From an uncultured Bacteroides sp. (GTDB taxonomy: Bacteria > Bacillota > Clostridia > Christensenellales > CAG-917), in assembly GCA_964644355.1 (NCBI GenBank), contig CAZXUW010000001.1, positions 106,060 to 170,059 on the forward strand: a DNA stretch of 64,000 nucleotides. Reading direction: 5' to 3'. Position 1 is the stretch's first letter. Each line of letters opens with the position of its first letter. Position numbers and translations under genes: made by a program. The notes under the pieces are model-generated. The model was not told the DNA's origin, did not search any database, and was given only the letters and a program-made list of their open reading frames with translations. Below, one piece after another: positions 56,498-64,000 of this stretch.

Positions 56498-57146
56498 CGA
56501 ATTGAAAAATGAAGTTATTGACAATGAGCAAGCTCCTCAAGCACCGAAGAAAAAGAAATTCGTGCTCGGTGACGTGGCAAAATGCACGCTTGCCTTGACC
56601 GTTATCGCTCTTGTGGCAGGGCTTTTGCTCGGCATTGTTCACTGGGTGACCTATGTTGATCCCGACAGTGTGATTATGGACAAAGTCGTGGCGTATTTTG
56701 GTGCAAGCACCGTTGAGAAGGACGAGCAAATCGCATCTTTCGATTACGACAAAAACAATTATGTCGAGACATGTTTTGTGGCTCTCAACGATAGCGGTGA
56801 GCGTATAGGTTATTGCTATTATGCCGTTGGCGGTGGTGCCAAAGACGGATCTATCGAATTGCTTGTATACGTTGATCAAAACAACACTATTGTTGAGGTC
56901 GAGTGCTATGAGCAGGGTGAAACGGCAGGCTATTTCGACAAAGTCGAAAAGGCAAACAAATCAAAGTACGTCGGTTTGAATATATCTGAAATCTCCAAGC
57001 TCGATCTTGTGAAAAATCAAAGCGAAACGGTTGATGGAGAGGTCAACGTTGTCAGCAGTGCAACGTACACCTCAACAGGCTATCACAATGCAATAGCCTC
57101 TGCCGTCTATGCACACAGAATGTCGCTTGAGGGAGGTGCGGAATGA
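56490..57146 (+). CDS. rnfG: Rnf complex subunit G (FMN-binding)
   Basis: The ATG at 56490 overlaps the rnfD stop. It has an N-terminal TM and the FMN-attachment motif VVSSATYTSTG. Confidence 0.85.
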   Translation: MTDELKNEVIDNEQAPQAPKKKKFVLGDVAKCTLALTVIALVAGLLLGIVHWVTYVDPDSVIMDKVVAYFGASTVEKDEQIASFDYDKNNYVETCFVALNDSGERIGYCYYAVGGGAKDGSIELLVYVDQNNTIVEVECYEQGETAGYFDKVEKANKSKYVGLNISEISKLDLVKNQSETVDGEVNVVSSATYTSTGYHNAIASAVYAHRMSLEGGAE

Positions 57147-57901
57147 AAAAGAACGGTAAGCTGAAAATTGTTACAAACGGCTTGTTCGCTCAAAATCCGA
57201 CCTTCCGCCTTGTGCTCGGCATGTGTCCAACACTAGCTATCACGACAAGCGCTTTCAACGGATTGAGTATGGGACTTGCTGCAACGTTGATTTTGGTATG
57301 CTCCAATGCACTTGTATCCGCACTCCGCAAGGTTATTCCGGACAAGGTGCGTATACCTGCCTACGTGCTTATCATAGCGACGTTCGTCACACTTTTGGAG
57401 ATGCTTCTCAAGAAGTTTATCCCCACGCTCTACAGTGCACTCGGCATATACTTGCCACTGATAGTTGTCAACTGCATCATCCTTGCAAGAGCGGAAGCAT
57501 TTGCAAGCGCCAACACTGTTGGTGACAGCATCCTCGACGGATTGGGCATGGGGCTTGGATTCACGCTTGCACTCACTTGCCTCGGCTTTGTGAGAGAGTT
57601 TTTGGGCGGTGGTTCCATCTTTGTCGGCTCCCTTGGCTCGTTGAGTTTTGGTGTGATGATAGAGGCACTTCAGGACTACAAACTGTCAATGTTTGTGCTT
57701 CCTGCAGGCGGTTTTCTCACGCTTGGTCTTGCAATGGCACTTGTCAATTATTTGAGTGATCGCAAGGCTGAAAAGGCAAAACGCAATGCACAACACGATG
57801 CGAACAGAATTGAGCGTGCAAAGCAGGCGTTGGATGATGATAATTGCCAAAACGGCACTTTAAGTGCTCAAAACGATACTATAAAAGCGGAGGTTGAGTG
57901 A
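57143..57901 (+). CDS. rnfE: Rnf complex subunit E, with a ~45-aa hydrophilic C-terminal tail
   Basis: NPTFRLVLGMCPTLAITTSA and YLPLIVVNCIILARAEAFA are typical of RnfE. The tail is SDRKAEKAKRNAQHD...AEVE. Confidence 0.9.
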   Translation: MKKNGKLKIVTNGLFAQNPTFRLVLGMCPTLAITTSAFNGLSMGLAATLILVCSNALVSALRKVIPDKVRIPAYVLIIATFVTLLEMLLKKFIPTLYSALGIYLPLIVVNCIILARAEAFASANTVGDSILDGLGMGLGFTLALTCLGFVREFLGGGSIFVGSLGSLSFGVMIEALQDYKLSMFVLPAGGFLTLGLAMALVNYLSDRKAEKAKRNAQHDANRIERAKQALDDDNCQNGTLSAQNDTIKAEVE

Positions 57902-58524
57902 TGGAATACTTTTTGCTTGTCATCGGAGCGATGTTTGTCAACAACTTCGTGCTTAGTCAATTCTTGGGAATATGTCCCTTCCTCGGTGTGTCCAAAAAGA
58001 CGGATACGGCACTGGGTATGGGGCTTGCCGTCACCTTTGTTATGGGTGTTGCAAGCGTCATCACTTGGCTTGTGCAAAAAGCGCTCGTCGCACTTGGCGT
58101 GGACTATTTGCAGACGATTGCATTTATCCTTGTCATTGCCGCACTTGTTCAGCTCATCGAGATGGTTCTCAAAAAATATATGCCCTCGCTTTACAGTGCA
58201 CTCGGCGTATATCTTCCGCTTATCACAACCAACTGTGCCGTGCTTGGTGTTGCAATCCTCAACATCGATTCATACGGAGTGCAGAGTGGCATCAGCCTTT
58301 TGCAGTCCTTCTTGAACGGCACCTTCAGCGGTATTGGATTTATGATAGCAATCTTGCTCTTGGCGGGCATACGTGAAAAGATGGATCAGGATGCCGTGCC
58401 AAAGCCGTTTAGAGGTTTTCCGATCGCACTTATCACCGCAAGCATTTTGTCTATGGCGTTTGTTGCGTTCGGTGGACTTATCTCCTCATCGGGAGCCGTC
58501 ACATTGACGTTCCCGCTGTTGTAA
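57898..58524 (+). CDS. rnfA: Rnf complex subunit A
   Basis: NNFVLSQFLGICPFLGVSKK and YLPLITTNCAVLGVA are typical of RnfA. Confidence 0.92.
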   Translation: MMEYFLLVIGAMFVNNFVLSQFLGICPFLGVSKKTDTALGMGLAVTFVMGVASVITWLVQKALVALGVDYLQTIAFILVIAALVQLIEMVLKKYMPSLYSALGVYLPLITTNCAVLGVAILNIDSYGVQSGISLLQSFLNGTFSGIGFMIAILLLAGIREKMDQDAVPKPFRGFPIALITASILSMAFVAFGGLISSSGAVTLTFPLL

Positions 58525-58535
58525 GGAGGTGCGAT

Positions 58536-59363
58536 ATGATGATTTTGTGTGCGGTTGAACCGCTGACGATATTATATTCCGTGCTTGTGTTGCTTGTGCT
58601 TGCAATCGTGTTCGGGCTTCTTCTTGCCGTGCTTGGCAAAAAGTTTGCCGTCCAAGAGGACGAACGCATCTCTCAAGTTAGAAGCAAGCTGTCGGGGGCA
58701 AACTGCGGTGGATGCGGTCTTGCAGGTTGCGATGCCTTTGCAAAGGCGATTGTCGAGGGCAAAGCGGACATCAACGCTTGTTGTGCCACGTCTGCCGAAA
58801 ATAAAAAAGCCATAGCCGATATTATGGGCAAAAACATTGTCGTTGAAGAAACGCAAATTGTCGTCGCTTGCCGTGGCGGAAAAAACGCTATTGACAAGTA
58901 CGAATATATGGGTTATGGTAACTGTAGAAGTATGGAACTTCTTGGCGGAGGCAGAAAACAGTGCAAATGGGGCTGTCTCGGCATGGGTTCTTGCGTGGAC
59001 GCATGTTCAAGTGGAGCGATAGAAGTGGGCGAGGGCGGTTACGCCATTGTCAATCACGACAAGTGCATTGCTTGCGGAAGGTGCATATCCGCCTGTCCGA
59101 AGCAACTTTGCAGGCGTATTCCTCAACAAGCCAAGTATTACGTTGCTTGCTCCAATTGCCTCAAAGGAGCAAGAACGGTCAGAGAAATCTGCACGGTTGG
59201 ATGCTTGGGATGCGGACTTTGTGCCAAGGTGTGCCCAAACGATGCAATCGAGGTCAAGGACAACCTTGCCGTGATAGATTATTCAAAGTGCACCGGATGC
59301 GGAACATGTGCGTCCAAGTGCCCTGCAAAGTGCATATTGAGCACGGACTCTCAAGAGGAATAA
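58536..59363 (+). CDS. rnfB: Rnf complex subunit B (polyferredoxin)
   Basis: It has an N-terminal TM, CGGCGLAGCDAFA, and several C..C..C...CP ferredoxin motifs. Confidence 0.9.
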   Translation: MMILCAVEPLTILYSVLVLLVLAIVFGLLLAVLGKKFAVQEDERISQVRSKLSGANCGGCGLAGCDAFAKAIVEGKADINACCATSAENKKAIADIMGKNIVVEETQIVVACRGGKNAIDKYEYMGYGNCRSMELLGGGRKQCKWGCLGMGSCVDACSSGAIEVGEGGYAIVNHDKCIACGRCISACPKQLCRRIPQQAKYYVACSNCLKGARTVREICTVGCLGCGLCAKVCPNDAIEVKDNLAVIDYSKCTGCGTCASKCPAKCILSTDSQEE

Positions 59364-59480
59364 TAGAGAGCAAATTCAATTTGAAAAAAGGTGTACAATC
59401 TTTGATTGTATGTTTAGGGGAATAGAGAAATTTAACATTTGCCCCATAGAGGGTACGGCTTTGCCGTGAGGAGAAAAGGT

Positions 59481-61001
59481 ATGGAAAAAATAGCGATTAT
59501 CGACATTGGTTCAAACAATGCAAGACTTGTGCTTGTCAACGTGCTTGACGGCGGATATTTTGTTGTGTTTGACGAGCTAAAGGAGACAGTCCGTCTTGGT
59601 CAAGATATGGACTGGGACGGTTTTATCAAACCGCAGAGAATAGCCCAAACGATAAAGACGCTAACAATGTTCCGTCGTCTTTGCGATGCCAACAAGGTTG
59701 ACAAGATTTTTGCATACGCAACGGCGGCGGTGAGGAGAGCAAAGAATCAAAAGAGCTTCCTTGACGAAGTTGCCATGACTTGTGGCATAAAAATAAAGGT
59801 GCTTACTCCCGAGGAGCAAGCTATGCTCATCTATCAAGGTGTCATCAACTCAATGGATATTCCAAAAGGTTTGATTATGGAAATGGGTGGCGGTTCAACC
59901 AACCTCATTTACTACAACCGCAGAAATCTTATCCACTTTGAGACGTTGCCGTTTGGTGCGGTTACGCTCACGGATTTGTTCAAGAACGAGTCCTCCACAC
60001 CTGAGGAGAGAACACAGAAGATAGAGCAATTTATCGGCGAGCAACTCAACAAAATCAGCTGGCTTGACACAATCGAGCCGGACACGGCATTCGTCGGCGT
60101 TGGCGGAAGCTTCCGCAACCTTGGCAGAATAAGCAGACTGATAAAGAAATACCCCTTCAACATGACACACAACTATGAGGTGGGTATGAGTGAGTTTGAA
60201 AATATCTACAGCACTATAAGAAAGCTCGACCTCAACAGCACAATGAAAATCAAGGGGCTCTCAAGCGGAAGAGCGGATATATTCCCAAGTGCATTGGCAG
60301 TGATGAGAGCGGTCACGTCACGATTCTCATTCAGCAAGATCACAATCAGTGGTTGCGGACTTAGGGAGGGTGCAATGTTCCGCTATGCCGTTCCGGGCGT
60401 GAATGAAAGACCTCTCAGCGACGTATTGGGACACTCCATTTACACGCAGATGAAGTATCACGACATCAATATTCCGCACGCAGAGCATATATACAACCTT
60501 TCCATTCAGCTGTTCAAACAACTCAAGGTGCTCCACAAGCTTCCAAGAGTGTATGTCAGAGTGCTCAAAATCGCCGCACTTTTGCACGACAGCGGTATGA
60601 GAATCAAATTCTACAACCATCAATTGCATTCTGCATACATCATTCTCAACAGCAACCTGTATGGTGTTCCGCACAAAGACATCGTGGTTGCAGCGTTTGT
60701 GGCGGCGGGACATAGAAAGGCGGAAAACGCCATGACGGATATCCTCAAATACAAGGATATGCTCACTCAAGAGGACGTGGACGCAATCAAGAAATTGAGT
60801 GTGATTTTGCGTATAGCCGAGAGTTTTGACCGCTCGCAAAGCGGTGTGGTGACAGGCATCAACTGCGACGTGTTGGGTGACAGTGTCATTGTCAAGACAG
60901 AGTGCGAAAACGGCGGAGATTGCCAACTCGAAGTGAAAGATGCCATGAATGCGGCACCTGAATTCAAAGCGGCATACGGCAAGAATCTCGAAATTCTGTA
61001 A
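59481..61001 (+). CDS. Ppx/GppA family exopolyphosphatase with a C-terminal HD domain
   Basis: MEKIAIIDIGSNNARLV is the actin-like ATPase-fold N-terminus. It also has GGGSTN and an HD region (AALLHDSG). The ATG at 59481 lies after AAAAGG. Confidence 0.88.
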   Translation: MEKIAIIDIGSNNARLVLVNVLDGGYFVVFDELKETVRLGQDMDWDGFIKPQRIAQTIKTLTMFRRLCDANKVDKIFAYATAAVRRAKNQKSFLDEVAMTCGIKIKVLTPEEQAMLIYQGVINSMDIPKGLIMEMGGGSTNLIYYNRRNLIHFETLPFGAVTLTDLFKNESSTPEERTQKIEQFIGEQLNKISWLDTIEPDTAFVGVGGSFRNLGRISRLIKKYPFNMTHNYEVGMSEFENIYSTIRKLDLNSTMKIKGLSSGRADIFPSALAVMRAVTSRFSFSKITISGCGLREGAMFRYAVPGVNERPLSDVLGHSIYTQMKYHDINIPHAEHIYNLSIQLFKQLKVLHKLPRVYVRVLKIAALLHDSGMRIKFYNHQLHSAYIILNSNLYGVPHKDIVVAAFVAAGHRKAENAMTDILKYKDMLTQEDVDAIKKLSVILRIAESFDRSQSGVVTGINCDVLGDSVIVKTECENGGDCQLEVKDAMNAAPEFKAAYGKNLEIL

Positions 61002-61002
61002 G

Positions 61003-61581
61003 ATGAAATCCGCAAAGAGTATTATCTTGGCATCGGCATCGCCAAGACGCAAGGAAATTTTGTCGGATTTGGGCGTAAAATACAACGTTCATCCTGCCGA
61101 TATTGACGAGGGCAAAATATCCGCATCAACCCCCAAAACGCTTGTCAAAAAGCTTGCGGTGAGCAAGGCGGAGTGCGTGCTGGCAGATTATAAGGATAGC
61201 ATTGTTATCGGTGCAGACACTATCGTGGTGTATCGTGGCAAGGTGTACGGCAAGCCACACGACAGGCAAAACGCCTTTGATATGATATCAACCCTCAACG
61301 GCAGATGGCACACGGTGTACACGGGCGTTTGCGTGGTGAGCAATGAGAGGAAAATTGCTTTCAAAGTCCGCTCTCGAGTCAAATTCAACAAGCTTACAGA
61401 GGAGCAAATATACGCATATATCGATGAGTGCGAGCCTTATGACAAGGCGGGTGCTTATGGCATACAGGATGCGCGCATCGTTGAAAAATACAAGGGAAGC
61501 TACACAAATATCGTGGGCTTGCCAAAAGAAAAGCTTGCAAAAGTGTTAAAGCAAGTCGGAGTTACCAATGGCAACAATTGA
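61003..61581 (+). CDS. maf: Maf-like nucleoside triphosphate pyrophosphatase
   Basis: It has IILASASPRRKEIL, IGADTIVV, KAGAYGIQD and NIVGLP. Confidence 0.92.
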   Translation: MKSAKSIILASASPRRKEILSDLGVKYNVHPADIDEGKISASTPKTLVKKLAVSKAECVLADYKDSIVIGADTIVVYRGKVYGKPHDRQNAFDMISTLNGRWHTVYTGVCVVSNERKIAFKVRSRVKFNKLTEEQIYAYIDECEPYDKAGAYGIQDARIVEKYKGSYTNIVGLPKEKLAKVLKQVGVTNGNN

Positions 61582-62566
61582 ACTTTCCATTGATTTAGGA
61601 AGCAAATTTATCACAATCTATCAAAAGGGCATAGGGCTTGTGTTGCGTGAGCCTGCTATTGCTATTGCCACCAAGGCTCGCAATCATCTTGAAATTAGAG
61701 ATGCAGGCTATAGAGCAGAGAGCGTCATGACAGGCTCACTTGGCGGAGCAAAGGTCATCGCACCCATAAAGGAAGGCATCATCGTGGATGAGGAGATGGC
61801 AAGCATGCTTCTTGCTTACTTCCTCAAAAAGATTATCCCGGACACGCTTATCAAGCCTCGCATAAAGGCTATCGTGTCCATATGCTCATCATCCTCAAGC
61901 TCTGATAGGCGTGCCGTTGAAAAGTGCTGTATTAAGGCAGGCATAAAAGAGGTTACGCTTGTTGAGTCGGGCTTGAGCCTTTTGGCATACACAAATAGTA
62001 TCGGCGGTCTTTTTGTCGATATCGGCGGTGGCAAGACAGAGATAAGTGCCGTCACCAATCACGGCATTGCAACGGGGTGCTCGGTGAATATAGCCGGAGA
62101 TGCCTTCAACAACGCCATCATAGACAATCTGTATATGCATTACGGCGTGAAAGTGGGTGAGTTTACCATTGAAAATCTCAAGAAATCCGCACTCTCTTTC
62201 TACATCAATGATGAGGGCAGTTATGCAATCAGCGGTGGCAGTGCGGATGGTTCGCCACGCTCACTCTACGTCACGGCAGAGACAATGCGTGATGCCGTCA
62301 TTCCGCTTGTCGATGACATCATAGAAGTCATCATGTCCGTGCTCAACCAAACTCCTCCGGAATTGTCTGCAGAAATTTTGCGTAAAGGCATATTCGTTTC
62401 GGGCGGAAGTTTGCATATCCCCGGACTTATCGACTACATCGAGCAAGCTCTTGAGCTTCCCGTCACTCCTCTCAAGGACATCGAGAACGCAATAGCCATC
62501 GGTGGTGCACGGTTCTTTGATGAGAGGAATCTTTTGTCTGATATGCTAGGTGTAAAACTTTATTAA
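61568..62566 (+). CDS. mreB: Divergent MreB/Mbl-like actin homolog
   Basis: It has IDLGSKFITIY...LREPAIAI, FVDIGGGKTEISAV and VSGGSLHIPGL. It diverges from canonical MreB (GTANT is replaced by GSKFI). Confidence 0.7.
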   Translation: MATIELSIDLGSKFITIYQKGIGLVLREPAIAIATKARNHLEIRDAGYRAESVMTGSLGGAKVIAPIKEGIIVDEEMASMLLAYFLKKIIPDTLIKPRIKAIVSICSSSSSSDRRAVEKCCIKAGIKEVTLVESGLSLLAYTNSIGGLFVDIGGGKTEISAVTNHGIATGCSVNIAGDAFNNAIIDNLYMHYGVKVGEFTIENLKKSALSFYINDEGSYAISGGSADGSPRSLYVTAETMRDAVIPLVDDIIEVIMSVLNQTPPELSAEILRKGIFVSGGSLHIPGLIDYIEQALELPVTPLKDIENAIAIGGARFFDERNLLSDMLGVKLY

Positions 62567-62596
62567 ATATAGACAAACAAATCTCAATTTTTACTA

Positions 62597-62629
62597 AAAC
62601 AGACATTATTTGGCGGTGTCTGTTTTTTA
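62597..62629 (+). terminator. Rho-independent terminator after the mreB-like gene
   Basis: Stem ACAGACA/TGTCTGT followed by TTTTTT. Confidence 0.65.
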
Positions 62630-62639
62630 TTATTAGATT

Positions 62640-63389
62640 ATGAAAAAAATCGTTGTTACATCGGGTAAGGGCGGTGTGGGAAAGACCACCGTGACGGCAA
62701 CGCTTGGAAGGAAGCTTGCGCTATTGGGCTACAAAGTGGTGCTCGTGGACGGTGACGTGGGACTAAACAATCTGGACGTCGTTATTGGCATTGAAAGGCG
62801 AGTGGTGTATGACATCGCAGACGTGCTTAAAGGGAGGTGTAGAACATTTCAAGCGCTTGTTTGCGACACGCAAAGTCCGCTGAAAATTCTGCCGTCCTCA
62901 AAGGATTGTTCGTCCATCACTACGCAAGCGTTTAGAGGTGTTGTGGACAGTTTGAGCGGATTTGATTTTGTGCTTATAGATTGCCCTGCCGGCATAGAAC
63001 AGGGATTTCATAGGGCGGTGTCGTCTGCAGACGAGGCTATTGTTGTGACAACGCCATCGGCATCTGCACTTAGAGATGCGGACAAGGTGCTGTGTTTGCT
63101 ATCAAGCTACCACCTAAACGACGTTTCGCTTGTCATAAACAGGGTGAGGGCGGATATGGTTGCAAGAGGTGAGATGCTCGGTGCAAGCGAAATAAGCTCG
63201 CTTTTGCACACTCCGCCAATCGGCGTAATCCCCGAGGACGATATGATAACAGTCTATCAGCAGTTGGGATCAATCCCTCAACACGCAGTGTCCAACCGCT
63301 TCTACGATGCGTTGGCGAGAAATGTGGCTGAAAACAGCAAACAGTATTTGGATGTGTCAGCAAGGCGGAGATTTTGGAGGTTTAGATGA
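62640..63389 (+). CDS. minD: Septum site-determining ATPase MinD
   Basis: The deviant Walker A is TSGKGGVGKTT, with DGDVGLNNLD and IDCPAGIE also present. The basic C-terminus (RRRFWRFR) could act as a membrane-targeting helix. Confidence 0.85.
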   Translation: MKKIVVTSGKGGVGKTTVTATLGRKLALLGYKVVLVDGDVGLNNLDVVIGIERRVVYDIADVLKGRCRTFQALVCDTQSPLKILPSSKDCSSITTQAFRGVVDSLSGFDFVLIDCPAGIEQGFHRAVSSADEAIVVTTPSASALRDADKVLCLLSSYHLNDVSLVINRVRADMVARGEMLGASEISSLLHTPPIGVIPEDDMITVYQQLGSIPQHAVSNRFYDALARNVAENSKQYLDVSARRRFWRFR

Positions 63390-63637
63390 GAGTGTCAAGG
63401 GATATTGCAAACAGAATGAGAGATATGCTCACGCATGACAAAATCGGCGTGAAAGACGGCTTTTGCACCGCTCTTGAAAATGACATTGGAGGATTGCTGT
63501 CAAACTACTTTCAGCTTGCCGACAAAGTGCATATACATATTTTTCAGCAGGATAACGGCACGTATGGCATCAAGATAGACACAACCGCCTCTCGCATAAA
63601 ACAATTTGAAAGCACGCTGGAGATAAAAAGAAATTAG
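63386..63637 (+). CDS. minE: Probable cell division topological specificity factor MinE
   Basis: 83 aa, with a 4-nt overlap with minD. The pattern A.RMRDMLTHD....... resembles the MinE motif AKERL..VL.HDR. The assignment rests mainly on position. Confidence 0.6.
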   Translation: MRVSRDIANRMRDMLTHDKIGVKDGFCTALENDIGGLLSNYFQLADKVHIHIFQQDNGTYGIKIDTTASRIKQFESTLEIKRN

Positions 63638-63668
63638 AAATGAATAAATATTAATTGCATAAAAGCAA

Positions 63669-63745
63669 ATGATATCCCTTACGGGATGATATCTCGCAAA
63701 GCGAGATGATATCGGCTGTGCCGATGATATCCGCCGTTGGCGGAT
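63669..63745. repeat. Tandem array of four short hairpins sharing a (G)ATGATATC flank
   Basis: The four hairpins are ATCCC-ttac-GGGAT, ATCTCGC-aaa-GCGAGAT, ATCGGC-tgt-GCCGAT and ATCCGCC-gtt-GGCGGAT. Each is preceded by GATGAT, and the period is 17-20 nt. Confidence 0.8.
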
Positions 63746-63792
63746 TGCGGATGATTGGATGTTGTGTTTTCGTTAATTCAAATTTTCCGCTT

Positions 63793-63872
63793 GTCATTCC
63801 GAGCACAGTCGAGGAATCTAGCGAAGCGAAAATGCGCCTACGGCTGGATCCTTACGGCAAGCTCAGGATGAC
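63793..63872. repeat. REP/MITE-like element bounded by an imperfect 12-nt inverted repeat
   Basis: GTCATTCCGAGC (63793-63804) faces GCTCAGGATGAC (63861-63872), matching 10 of 12. More hairpins follow (GCGGG-agca-CCCGC; TGTC-gcaa-GACA; TATCG-ttttg-CGATA) up to the window end. Confidence 0.55.
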
Positions 63873-64000
63873 GATTGGGCGGGAGCACCCGCACCCGAAT
63901 GAAAGTTAAGTAGAGTTCAAATAGTGCGTTCAAACTATCCGCAACTGCACGCTTCGTGCAATATCACTGTCGCAAGACAATATCGTTTTGCGATAGCAAA

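Noticed and set aside
63669-63745. The tandem hairpin array as a possible CRISPR array.
   Set aside because: The period is only 17-20 nt, the conserved unit is ~9 nt, there are no 25-40-nt spacers and no cas genes are in the window.
63706-63909. A 67-aa ORF (MISAVPMISAVGG...) at the window end, and a 65-aa ORF at 53767-53964.
   Set aside because: Both are translation artefacts of repeat or hairpin-rich non-coding DNA. Neither has an RBS, and the repetitive peptide simply mirrors the GATGATATC repeat.

Overview
All family assignments below come from reading motifs by eye; no homology search was run. The window looks like a chromosomal segment of a Clostridia-type Bacillota genome. It uses the standard genetic code (TAA, TAG and TGA all terminate ORFs), has moderate GC, GGAGG-type ribosome-binding sites and many rho-independent terminators.

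Contents in order:
- Translation and housekeeping genes: a DUF1385-PrmC fusion (5' end truncated by the window edge), prfA, thrC, trpS.
- A DUF5685 protein paired with a Cys-rich J-like protein.
- An uncharacterised four-gene module: two tandem double-AAA+ ATPases of the SpoVK/CbbX/EccA clade plus two YbjN/chaperone-like proteins (9.1-14.5 kb).
- A ~16 kb Gram-positive-type alpha-glucan utilisation locus (14.7-30.6 kb). It has a MalE-like lipoprotein, a multi-CBM surface lipoprotein, a LacI regulator, MalF/MalG-like permeases with unusual N-terminal extensions, a 1357-aa beta-trefoil plus beta-helix glycosidase candidate, a CBM anchor protein, a GH13 enzyme and an MsmK-type ATPase.
- An isolated rplJ-rplL operon with an L10-leader-like attenuator.
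- An AT-rich islet carrying an XRE-family regulator and a candidate 20-aa hydrophobic peptide.
- perR and a reverse rubrerythrin; rsmI, a YabB-like methyltransferase and rplI.
- DUF1540, HAD, M23, acyl-CoA ligase and MORN proteins; murC; DUF4363/DUF421; a SpoVB/MurJ-like flippase.
- A 1432-aa, apparently dual-anchored, surface protein with five CBM-like modules.
- A split TauE/SafE pair, rnfCDGEAB, ppx, maf, a divergent mreB and minDE.
- Two GC-rich, hairpin-rich non-coding elements.

No rRNA, tRNA, CRISPR array, transposase or integrase was seen.
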